A DNA stretch of 19,238 bases from Desulfurococcaceae archaeon (GTDB lineage Archaea > Thermoproteota > Thermoprotei_A > Sulfolobales > Desulfurococcaceae). The stretch lies in assembly GCA_038888155.1 (NCBI GenBank), contig JAWAJB010000014.1:1-19238 (forward strand). Reading direction: 5' to 3'. Below the pieces are notes generated by a model that saw nothing but the letters and a program-made list of their open reading frames with translations, was not told the origin of the DNA and did no database searches. Positions 1 to 7,923 of the stretch are shown in pieces. The translations under genes were made by a program, and so were the position numbers. Position 1 is the stretch's first letter. Each line of letters begins with the position of its first letter.

Positions 1-47
1 ACAGCCAAAACAACAGCTAAAACCTCATCATCAAAAACCCAACTCAA
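1..47 (-). CDS. 5' end (partial) of a membrane protein, probably DUF1616-like
   Basis: TTG at 47 (in-frame TAG just upstream at 57-59) opens MSWVFDDEVLAVVLAV, running off the window edge. The acidic DDE followed by a hydrophobic helix resembles my recollection of archaeal DUF1616 N-termini; only 16 codons are visible. Confidence 0.45.
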   Translation of the reverse strand, partial: MSWVFDDEVLAVVLA

Positions 48-258
48 CCCAATCCACTACACATAAGAGAAAACAAACTTAAAACCATTACGAAAAACCC
101 TAAACTTTCACCACTAAACCACACATTAACAAACAAATTCAAAAACTAACCCTATTATTAAAAGGCTAAATACCTAAAGTATACATCCCCTCCCATTAAA
201 AGATCAATTTTACCTCAAATACTCAGATGATAATTAAAACTTTTCTTAAGAGACTGCC

Positions 259-1000
259 TCATTGAAGATAAACCATATGCTCAGGCTTTTGAAGGACGAG
301 ACATGCAAGACCCTGGTTCTTAAAGGCTTTCTCATCAATTGATTCTCGGCTAAGTTTCACCCAAATAAGTCATCTACCATAATTCATAGAGTAGAAGTAT
401 TCCTCCTTCAAGATGTGAAAGCCATTAATAAGCTTCGTGAGGCGTTTTCGGTTGTAGTTTCTTTCAAACTCCGATATTCGAAGCGTTTAGCCTGTGTATG
501 GCGTAGTCAGGATGAGTAAGCCGCCCCGGCTTCATTATCCTATGAAGTTCTCTCATGCACTTTATGTCGCCTTCATTATTTAGGGTTAACTGTCCATAGA
601 CGCTCAATCCTATATGCTCTATTGTGGAGACCATAACGATTGCGTCAAAGATATTGTCTGGGAGACCCGTATCCATCACATTCCTCTTTACGAAGTACAT
701 CCTCTTGTTCCTGAAGGGGTAATCTCGAATGTCTATGCCGACAACCCTAAACCCTGTCGCTATTAATTTGTGGCTTAGTAGGCTTTCCGCACATCCTACG
801 TCAAGAACTAGGGCTCCAGGCTTTAACACTCTAATCTGTTTCAACACTCAAGGATACTTAATAGCCCTCTGACTCCACAAGCCATATAGTAGCGACAAGC
901 GTTTTACAATCACACTAAGCCAAAAAGACAACCTACCCAAAGGCAGAGATGAAAGCATCTTCGAAACAATATTATTCCTCCCATAGTTAAACATAAACAT
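259..1000 (-). pseudogene. Class I SAM-dependent methyltransferase pseudogene (Methyltransf_11/DUF268-like)
   Basis: Core ORF 464-847 has VLDVGCAE (motif I), GIDIR and VSTIEHIG. The frame continues upstream through TGA at 848-850 (RAIKYP*VL, expected YPWVL) to ATG 1000. An extra base in the C4 run at 524-527 shifts KPG; the shifted frame reads GLLILTTPY...GLACLVLQK with stops at 487-489 and 370-372, ending at TGA 259-261. Confidence 0.85.
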
Positions 1001-1047
1001 CCATATCGTCCAAAAGATTCTAGAAATTGCAGTGGCTCACTCCTACA

Positions 1048-1167
1048 TTAAGCAGGATTAAAGTCTCTTTTCTTCTGATAATAGACTGCTTTTTTATCTC
1101 CTAGAAGGTATCTCAGAGTGACTGTTGGATGCTTCATCGCGAACTTAAATTTTGTAAGTATATTCAT
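1048..1167 (-). pseudogene. 39-aa ORF, probable truncated 5' remnant of an operon gene
   Basis: ATG 10 nt after the GT2 stop; MNILTKFKFAMKHPTVTLRYLLGDKKAVYYQKKRDFNPA*. Operon-like spacing; family not identified. Confidence 0.3.
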
Positions 1168-1177
1168 CCACTAACGC

Positions 1178-2020
1178 CTAATCTTCTAACTTTAGTAGTT
1201 GAATTAATCCCTTCTCCTCTATCCTCTTGGCTCTTCGGATTTCTTCTCCACTCCTTAATTTCATAAGTGTATGTACTAAGCTCTCATATATGCTCTGTCT
1301 AAAGATATAGATCAATGTTGGGATGTTAAATGGACTCTTGTATTTCAGTAAGCGAGCAAGATTATATACGTATAACAATGCGGTACTTAAAGGCGCTAAC
1401 TTCCAAAGAGCTTCCCTCAATTTACATTTCGCTCTGTGCCGATAATACTCCATTGCCTCAAGATAAGCGTAATATCTCAGTTTTTCTGGGAAAAACTTCC
1501 TAGAGTATGGGATGTGTAATATGTAGTAGTCTTCAGGAAGATGATAAATATTCCCATGAACTATGGGAAGTTCGTGAACAAGTCCCTTATAGGTTACTTT
1601 ATCCTTTCTGAAAATCCTGATTTGCCTGTCAGGGTAGAAGGGACCTAAAAGAAGTTTCTTATTACGTGAGAGGTTGATACGTACTATGCTAAATGCAGAG
1701 ATGTTTTTCTCCTCAGCAGTTTCAAGAAGAGTTCTCATGTCATCTTTAAGCTTCTTGCATAATCTCTCGTCATCATCAAGATATAGTATCCATTTGTAAG
1801 AGGACATTTTCAAGGCGAACATGCGGTCCGGGTCAGGATATCCCCAAGGACGCCTCTGGTAAACCTTAGCGCCATAGCGTTTAGCTACTTCTACCGTACC
1901 ATCAGTACTAAAGCCATCTACTACAACGATTTCGTCAACTACATCCTTAATGTGATTCAGTAAACTAGAAATTCTCCCAGCGGAATTTCTAGTAAAAGTA
2001 ATAAAAGAAATTTTCGCCAT
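1178..2020 (-). CDS. Glycosyltransferase family 2 (beta-1,4-glucosyltransferase/WaaE-KdtX-like)
   Basis: ISFITFTRNS, EIVVVDGFSTDGT, WILYLDDDE (DxD), YPDRQIRIFRK and GLVHE motifs; ORF intact. Confidence 0.9.
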   Translation of the reverse strand: MAKISFITFTRNSAGRISSLLNHIKDVVDEIVVVDGFSTDGTVEVAKRYGAKVYQRRPWGYPDPDRMFALKMSSYKWILYLDDDERLCKKLKDDMRTLLETAEEKNISAFSIVRINLSRNKKLLLGPFYPDRQIRIFRKDKVTYKGLVHELPIVHGNIYHLPEDYYILHIPYSRKFFPEKLRYYAYLEAMEYYRHRAKCKLREALWKLAPLSTALLYVYNLARLLKYKSPFNIPTLIYIFRQSIYESLVHTLMKLRSGEEIRRAKRIEEKGLIQLLKLED

Positions 2021-2023
2021 GTT

Positions 2024-2341
2024 CTAATCCCTTTTATGCTTCCTTAATCTTCTAAACAACCACCCTATGAGTAGCTCAACATCAACATAAAGATTCATAA
2101 ATTTAATTACATTAGTATCATTCACTTCCCTTATACTCTTAACATAAATCCTTTTACGCAAAGATGGAGATAGTCCTTTAATACGTCTAAGAGGCTGCCT
2201 CATAGATAAGAAGGCCTTGTCAACAGTATTCCTATAGAGGAGCACATCTCCCGTTTTAAGAGCCCTCCGAAACTCTTCCTTAGCACAGCTTAAAATCTCT
2301 TCAGCTGTTGCAAGAGAGATGTCAATAGAACCTTCAGCCAA
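2024..2341 (-). pseudogene. Chimeric ORF: truncated PaREP1/HEPN-like N-terminus fused to the 3' end of an unrelated gene
   Basis: Residues 1-47 (AEEILSCAKEEFRRA...GDVLLYRNTVDKAFLSM) resemble the first HEPN/PaREP1 helices. After about position 2200 the sequence is more AT-rich, unrelated, and stops 3 nt before the GT2 start. Confidence 0.55.
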
Positions 2342-2345
2342 CGAG

Positions 2346-2375
2346 CCCCACCGTATTGTTGATTATAAAAACTTT
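2346..2375 (-). promoter_or_regulatory. BRE/TATA promoter and SD-like motif for the 2341 ORF
   Basis: Minus strand aaagttTTTATAatc; TATA at 2364-2369, 22 nt before TTG 2341; GGTGGGG just upstream of the start. Confidence 0.5.
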
Positions 2376-2555
2376 AATATTAGTTTATGCAGCTCACGCA
2401 CAGCTGACTTGCATTTTAAACTTTCATGTAGTTACAGTAGTTTCTCCACTGCTTTGTTACGTAGTGGTCTGTGGGGAGGTAATGTGCGCACATGTTAGAT
2501 TATGAATTTTATGCTTTGATAACGGTTCTGTTCCCGGTCATATTGTTTCGGGTGT

Positions 2556-2942
2556 TTAGAGCATAAACGGTGATCCTTTGATAAGCTTTCCTGTTGTTGA
2601 ATCAACTCTGTAGCCCATTTGCTCCAGGGCTACCACGCCTATGAGTGGAGTTGTGCCCTTCGGTCTAATGATAATGGGTGATTGAGCTATCCTATCCTCT
2701 ACCTCTATTATGGCGTTGGCTGCAAGCCTAACTTTTCCAGCGCCCTCAGCTAGGTGTTCGCCTAAGCTCGGCAATGCAAGCTCCATAACCATGTCTTCGG
2801 GTAGAGCTGGGAAAGTCGCACCCGTATAAACGAGAGCTTCCACCTTAACTTTTCTGACTTCTTCTAACTTGCACTTCCCCTCCAAGTATTGAACGTAATC
2901 GACAGCATTATAGAATGTAGCCTTCACATAAATATGCCCCAT
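2556..2942 (-). CDS. Clan AA (retropepsin-like) aspartic protease, AF_0612-type; catalytic Asp replaced by Tyr
   Basis: MGHIYVK start, VEALVYTGATFPALP (canonical LVDTGAT), PLIGVVALEQMGYRVD and TGKL. Confidence 0.85.
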   Translation of the reverse strand: MGHIYVKATFYNAVDYVQYLEGKCKLEEVRKVKVEALVYTGATFPALPEDMVMELALPSLGEHLAEGAGKVRLAANAIIEVEDRIAQSPIIIRPKGTTPLIGVVALEQMGYRVDSTTGKLIKGSPFML

Positions 2943-3159
2943 TATATCAGCCTAACAGAAGAAATTGTGCGGGTGCATATAATATTTATGGACTTTGTTG
3001 AGTTTTAAACGTTCCTGGCCCCCTCAATACTCGTTAAGACTTTGTATTCACGCGCATCTCAAGGTAATTGGAATATATGTTTATGGCTCAACATAGATGT
3101 TCATACGCTATTTGCGTTTCAAATAAGCATTTTAGTTAAGCCTAAGACCCCCTCAGCTT

Positions 3160-3603
3160 AATACTTCGTGGTTAGCCAGCCAGCTTCTCTCTAATGGCTT
3201 CCTAGCTTTAATGCCCCCATTTCAATTTTCACCCATGAAAGCCCCAAATATGTAAGTAGTTCGCGGCATCCCATCCAATCCTCACATCGACGCCAAGCTT
3301 ACCTGTTAAAGCTTCGACGGCTCTCTCAAGTAAGGTGACGGTCCACCTACCTCTCTCCTCAGCAACCTTACTGAGCTTGAAGTGCTTTGCAAGAAGCGTG
3401 CTTTGCAAGAAGCTTTATACACTCCTCAGCAGCCTTATAGAGCTTCTCAGATAATTGGACAGCGTTCCCCTTCATTAGGAAGTCTTCGGCTTCAATGAGT
3501 AGGAGCTTGATAAGTTCCAACCTCTTCGAAGTCATCACATTTTTCCCTTCTATGGTTGTATCGCCTTCTTACTTAACCTTTCTTAGATTGAAGTAAGGGT
3601 TAT
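3160..3603 (-). pseudogene. PaREP1 family (HEPN-fold) pseudogene, missed by the ORF track
   Basis: From ATG 3535: MTSKRLELIKLLLIEAEDFLMKGNAVQLSEKLYKAAEECIKLLAKH/fs/FKLSKVAEERGRWTVTLLERAVEALTGKLGVDVRIGWDAANYLHIWGFHG*. SEKLYKAAEE, RGRW and LHxWGFH are PaREP1 signatures. Frameshifted by a 16-bp duplication; probable ancestral start (ATA at 3601-3603) follows SD AGGTGA. 3' boundary approximate. Confidence 0.88.
3382..3413. repeat. Perfect 16-bp tandem duplication GTGCTTTGCAAGAAGC x2
   Basis: Copies at 3382-3397 and 3398-3413; removing one restores the local PaREP1 frame. Confidence 0.95.
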
Positions 3604-3606
3604 CTA

Positions 3607-3637
3607 TCACCTTTTAACTTCAAGCGGTTATATTAAA
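3607..3637 (-). promoter_or_regulatory. TATA box and SD of the PaREP1 pseudogene
   Basis: Minus strand TTTAATATA (3629-3637) and AGGTGA (3607-3612). Confidence 0.45.
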
Positions 3638-3864
3638 CTGCTTAAATGTGATCAAGTTAAATTAAAAATCGCTGCAAAATAGTTAGAGCACCCTACTCAA
3701 GAAACCTTCTACGGAATTTTAAATAGATGCTTAATCTTTTCATCGTCATAGCCTTTAATCACACACTTTACTTTAGAAGGGCCTCCTCAACTTTCATGAT
3801 CTCCGGTCTTTAATTCACCAGTTTAGATCACGTTAAAATTATCGCATTACATAACCTAACGGAT

Positions 3865-4200
3865 ATTTCATTCTTCTAGAAAAACCTTATTCTCCTTGCG
3901 CTAACTAATATAAAATGTTCTATAATTGTAATGAATCGTTTGTACTCCGAATCTTTCATACACCCTTTTACTGAAATCGAAATCTTCACCAAACTTAAGG
4001 TTCAGGTTAAAGTTTATGGTATCTTGTAACTCCCTTCTGAATGCTATAAAGTGTCCAAGTTTTCCAAAACTCTCTCCAATACTTATCATATAGAAAAGCG
4101 AGTAGGTTATCAATAAAACCTGAGTCTATACATATGTGACCAAGATTTAACAGTACCATACGAATAAATCTCTCAAATACGTCTATAATGTAATCAATTA
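3865..4200 (-). pseudogene. Glycosyltransferase family 2 internal/C-terminal fragment
   Basis: LGHFIAFRRE...FNLNLKFGEDFDFSKRV matches the GT2 G-x-F...GED-x-D-F-x-x-R region. A neighbouring frame upstream reads IDYIIDVFERF...DNLLAFLYDKYWREFWKT. No GT2 N-terminus or DxD; stop at 3901-3903. Boundaries approximate. Confidence 0.65.
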
Positions 4201-4208
4201 TGTTGGAT

Positions 4209-4880
4209 TCATGCGTAGACTTTTCGTATCGTTTTTAAAAAAACTTCGAAAGAAGTAACTCTATTATCGTAAAATTTCTCAATAAATCCTGAGGGGTCAT
4301 TAATTATTATGGGTTTTTCTGCCGGCTTTTTTTCTTTACGCCATTCTAGGTATTTAATCTCATCGATAGTGTAAACATCAACAGATAATATATTGAATAA
4401 AGCAAGCAACCTATACTTCGCTGAGAGAAGACCTAGTTTTAGTGAGTTCTTTATGCTTTTCGAGTTAAGGTTTAGTATAAATATGTCTATGTCTGAACGA
4501 CTTGTAGCATTACCGCAGGACCAGCTTCCATAAACCATAACGTGAAGGTTTCTATGTTCAGCCTCATTTTTCAATCTCAATATATAGTCTATAGCTTTTC
4601 TTGAGGAATATCTTAGCCCTAACGCTGAATAGAAGATCTGGTAACCGTGCCCGTTGAAAAACCAATTTATGAAATGGCTGAGCAAAAACACCAGCATGGT
4701 CGAAAACCCTTTGGGCTTGAGCACGAACCATAATATTAGAGTTAGTGAGAAGAATAGTATTACTCTAGTTATGATTTCTGTCCTAGAATATATCGGCATC
4801 TTGTGCCACAAATGATCCATTAGGGACGTGTCCTGCAAAAGGAAATCCTGAATAACGTCCTTAAAGGTAATCTTAGACAT
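4209..4880 (-). CDS. Membrane-anchored nucleotidyltransferase (Pol-beta/MNT superfamily domain after two predicted TM helices)
   Basis: Hydrophobic segments VILFFSLTLILWFVL and MLVFLLSHFINWFF, then VYGS-x10-DID (GSWSCGNATSRSDID) and a candidate third Asp in SVDVY. Confidence 0.8.
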   Translation of the reverse strand: MSKITFKDVIQDFLLQDTSLMDHLWHKMPIYSRTEIITRVILFFSLTLILWFVLKPKGFSTMLVFLLSHFINWFFNGHGYQIFYSALGLRYSSRKAIDYILRLKNEAEHRNLHVMVYGSWSCGNATSRSDIDIFILNLNSKSIKNSLKLGLLSAKYRLLALFNILSVDVYTIDEIKYLEWRKEKKPAEKPIIINDPSGFIEKFYDNRVTSFEVFLKTIRKVYA

Positions 4881-4990
4881 AGTTTTGGTAACCTTCTACT
4901 TATTGGCACGTGCTACTAACTTCCATAAATCATGGACATGAAGATCTCTCTTATAGCTTCGTTCCTTAACCTTTACATAATCTATCACGG

Positions 4991-6139
4991 CTACCTGATT
5001 AAGGTTTGGTAAACTACCTCGAGAAAATATTTAGTATCATAGCTGGGTAATTGATCTGTTGCTTTCCGTATTAGTGAGCTTCTCAACTTTTCATCTTTCC
5101 AGAGTTTGATTATCTTGTTAACCATTCCGTCCACATCACCGTAGTTGGCTGCTAATAACATCCCACGTGCTTCAAGCTCAGGTACTATACCAACTCTGGT
5201 AGCCACTACGGGGATTCCGTGCGCCATTGCCTCAAGAACTACGTATGGGCCTGCCTCTGATGCAGAGAACAGTACAAAAACATCTGCACTTCTCCAGTAT
5301 TTTAACAGATCGTCTTCGGACACTAAACCTGTAAATTGAATTATATTTTCCAGCCCATATGATCTCATTTTTTCTCTTAGTTTCTTATAATGACCTTTAT
5401 GTATCCTCCCGACAGCGATTAGCCTTACTCTGTTATTAGTTAACTCTTTAAGAGCCTTCATAACCTCCAAAGCAAATATAGGAAACTTATTTCTATGAAT
5501 ATCACCGATATGTAGAAGGGTCAGTTTTTCATTATGAGCCTTAATGTTTAATTCTTTTCTAATCTTCGTGTACTTTTCTAAATCTATTCCTAGTGACCTT
5601 CTGATTATATTGCGAGCGAACGGCACAACCATCTTCTCTTCTTCTCGTGAATAAACAATAAGTGTCGGCTGAACTATTTTGAAGTTGATAAGGTAAATGA
5701 ACAACCACTTCTTTAATTTGTAAAGAAATTTAGCAATTTTATCACGAAATATGAAGTCTCTGTGTAACTGAGGTATTTGAACTATTCTCACTTCTGGGGA
5801 AAATAACCTTAATAGTAAGGCAATAAATATGCAAGTCAAGCTACATCCCACTATTAATACTCTCAGACAACAGTGTTTTCTATTCCTTAGCACGTACTGA
5901 ACCATTGAAGGAGAAATGTCTTGAAGAAACTTCAATCTAAAACCTTTAAATGTAAGGTAGCAATATCTACTAGAGAAAGTTTTTTTCCCCACCGGACCTA
6001 ATGCACAAACTATTAGTTGTTCGATAGCCGGCTTTTTAAGCAAAAAGTTAACGAGTTGATTAACTAATCTACTAGTTCCGGCACCCCCGAGATCTAAAGG
6101 AACAAATGATAATAGTAGTACTCTCATCGGTCTGCACAT
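4991..6139 (-). CDS. Glycosyltransferase family 4 (GT-B)
   Basis: MRVLLLS...GGAG, FTGLVSEDDL, ADVFVLFSASEAGPYVVLEAMAHGIPVVATRVG (E-x7-E). Confidence 0.92.
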   Translation of the reverse strand: MCRPMRVLLLSFVPLDLGGAGTSRLVNQLVNFLLKKPAIEQLIVCALGPVGKKTFSSRYCYLTFKGFRLKFLQDISPSMVQYVLRNRKHCCLRVLIVGCSLTCIFIALLLRLFSPEVRIVQIPQLHRDFIFRDKIAKFLYKLKKWLFIYLINFKIVQPTLIVYSREEEKMVVPFARNIIRRSLGIDLEKYTKIRKELNIKAHNEKLTLLHIGDIHRNKFPIFALEVMKALKELTNNRVRLIAVGRIHKGHYKKLREKMRSYGLENIIQFTGLVSEDDLLKYWRSADVFVLFSASEAGPYVVLEAMAHGIPVVATRVGIVPELEARGMLLAANYGDVDGMVNKIIKLWKDEKLRSSLIRKATDQLPSYDTKYFLEVVYQTLIR

Positions 6140-6201
6140 TAATATGATATGCGCTTATTTATCAGCGTATCGGTTCGCTTTTTGTAAGATAATTGCAGAT
6201 T

Positions 6202-7833
6202 TCAGCGTTTAACCCATAACAAGGAGTAATGGCTATCGTATATAAGATCATAATTTGTTTCAAGCTTTTTGTCTAAGTGTTTCCAATTATCCAATGGTCT
6301 TCCGAAGGATGCTAGCGTTTGTATCCTTTGAGGTAAAGAAAGTAAAAGCACATGAACGAATTGGGGTAAATGAACGTTTTCAGGGTCGATATTAAAAACC
6401 GTAACAGAATCTAACGCGGGAGAAACAGTTATGTTTGGATTATATAACCTTACATAATTCGCTCTCCACGTGTCCGAAATTACTGTATAGTTATCTTTAA
6501 GATGTTCTGTAATAAAATAGGCTGCGTTAAAATCCCATTTATGAGAGCTGGCACTAAATAGTGAGGGACTGAAAGAAAGTGCAAAAGAAGCTGGCAAAGT
6601 TACGATCAAAAAAATAATAAGTATTTTCCTAAACTTTATTGATGTGGCAAACAACGCATGACTAGACATTAGCGCCACCGGAATCATTCCAAATAACATG
6701 AACCTTGAACTGAAGTTCTCCCAAGTAGAGGCGGTCAATATGAACCAAGGCAATGCACATGCTATCAGAAGACTGAAATGAAATGCTAGCTTTTCCTTGT
6801 CTTTTGTTCTCACAAGCAAATACGCATTATATAGACTGAGGCAACCTAAAAGTATGAGTATTACATATCTGTAATAGCGTAGTAGCAGGAGAGGAAAAGA
6901 AATTGTTGTAAGACGTACGTACGAATGAGGACTCAAAGCAACTTCTAATCTATTTAACTGTACCATTGCCTTAGCCCAAGGAGATACTGCTGAAAAAGCT
7001 ATATGATAATACGTATACCAGCTAGCAAGAAATGTAATGTGAAATATAGTACAGATTATTAGTCTTCTTACGGCATGAGATTTGAAAATCCATTGGGTAA
7101 AAGTGTAAGTCGTAATAAATATGAAAGCAACTAATGAGGCTATGGGATTTGCTAAAATTAAGGAGGCAGAGGTAAGAACGAATATTAGATTTAAAACGCG
7201 GGGGGAATATTCTCTACTTGAGGAATTCCCGATAAGTAGCATACTGTAAAGTAACATTAGTAATATTGGAAACGCGTAAGAGTAATCAGCGAAAAACTTA
7301 TAGTAGTATGTCTGGGGTAAAATGAATAATAGTAGAGTTGTGTAAGCATAGCTCAGCTTCCTTATCGTTTTTCTGCTAAAAATTAGAAGAAGCAGTGCTG
7401 ATAACAAAATTGTGGTCCATCCTAAAAATAACGTGACCGCTATCACATCTAAGTTTGATATTATTGACATTATAGTCCATAAGATGTAAGCAGCCGGCCA
7501 TCCTTGATTTCCAATACTCCACTTAGCGAAGACCAATTGTTCGATATTTAGTCCTAGTAATGGATAATTTACAGCGGAGGGTGTAACATAGAAGATAGAC
7601 CATAAGAGTATGGATGCGACTACTTCTGTCGACCAATTTATCGACGAAAATATTGTTAAGAGAGGTCCTAAAATTAATATGGTCAACCATAACGTGTGGT
7701 TGAACGATGAGAAAACATCTGGAAGTTTGGTAGGAGAGAAACTTACTATTATCATAGAGTACCCAGTCGCTATATATAGTATTAATATTGTTAACAGTAA
7801 AATGAGATGTTTCATACTCTTCATATTGTCCAC
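6202..7833 (-). CDS. Polytopic membrane protein, putative GT-C-fold transferase or Wzy-like glycan polymerase
   Basis: More than 10 hydrophobic helices, GWPAAYIL loop, SRFMLF, soluble C-terminal domain ending NYDLIYDS; embedded among GT4 genes. Function inferred from context. Confidence 0.6.
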   Translation of the reverse strand: MDNMKSMKHLILLLTILILYIATGYSMIIVSFSPTKLPDVFSSFNHTLWLTILILGPLLTIFSSINWSTEVVASILLWSIFYVTPSAVNYPLLGLNIEQLVFAKWSIGNQGWPAAYILWTIMSIISNLDVIAVTLFLGWTTILLSALLLLIFSRKTIRKLSYAYTTLLLFILPQTYYYKFFADYSYAFPILLMLLYSMLLIGNSSSREYSPRVLNLIFVLTSASLILANPIASLVAFIFITTYTFTQWIFKSHAVRRLIICTIFHITFLASWYTYYHIAFSAVSPWAKAMVQLNRLEVALSPHSYVRLTTISFPLLLLRYYRYVILILLGCLSLYNAYLLVRTKDKEKLAFHFSLLIACALPWFILTASTWENFSSRFMLFGMIPVALMSSHALFATSIKFRKILIIFLIVTLPASFALSFSPSLFSASSHKWDFNAAYFITEHLKDNYTVISDTWRANYVRLYNPNITVSPALDSVTVFNIDPENVHLPQFVHVLLLSLPQRIQTLASFGRPLDNWKHLDKKLETNYDLIYDSHYSLLWVKR

Positions 7834-7923
7834 GACCTTCTGATAAAGATTTGGTAGCCAACTTTCCGATAAAATTTAATAGCGCACGCTAATAACAATT
7901 TATTATATACCATCATCTACACA

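Noticed and set aside
848-850. In-frame TGA as selenocysteine or an alternative genetic code
   Set aside because: It sits at an expected Trp, the same gene has a frameshift and a TAA, and TGA ends intact genes here (4209, 6202, 13443).
4209-4880. CBASS/CD-NTase defence interpretation of the TM-nucleotidyltransferase
   Set aside because: The NTase domain is minimal, lacks the CD-NTase C-terminal lobe, and no Cap effector genes are adjacent.
5145-5339. Plus-strand 64-aa ORF
   Set aside because: Antisense shadow of the GT4 C-terminal domain; no motifs.
7523-7861. Minus-strand 112-aa ORF and plus-strand 77-aa ORF (7610-7843)
   Set aside because: Both overlap the 543-aa membrane protein in other frames and have no recognisable features.
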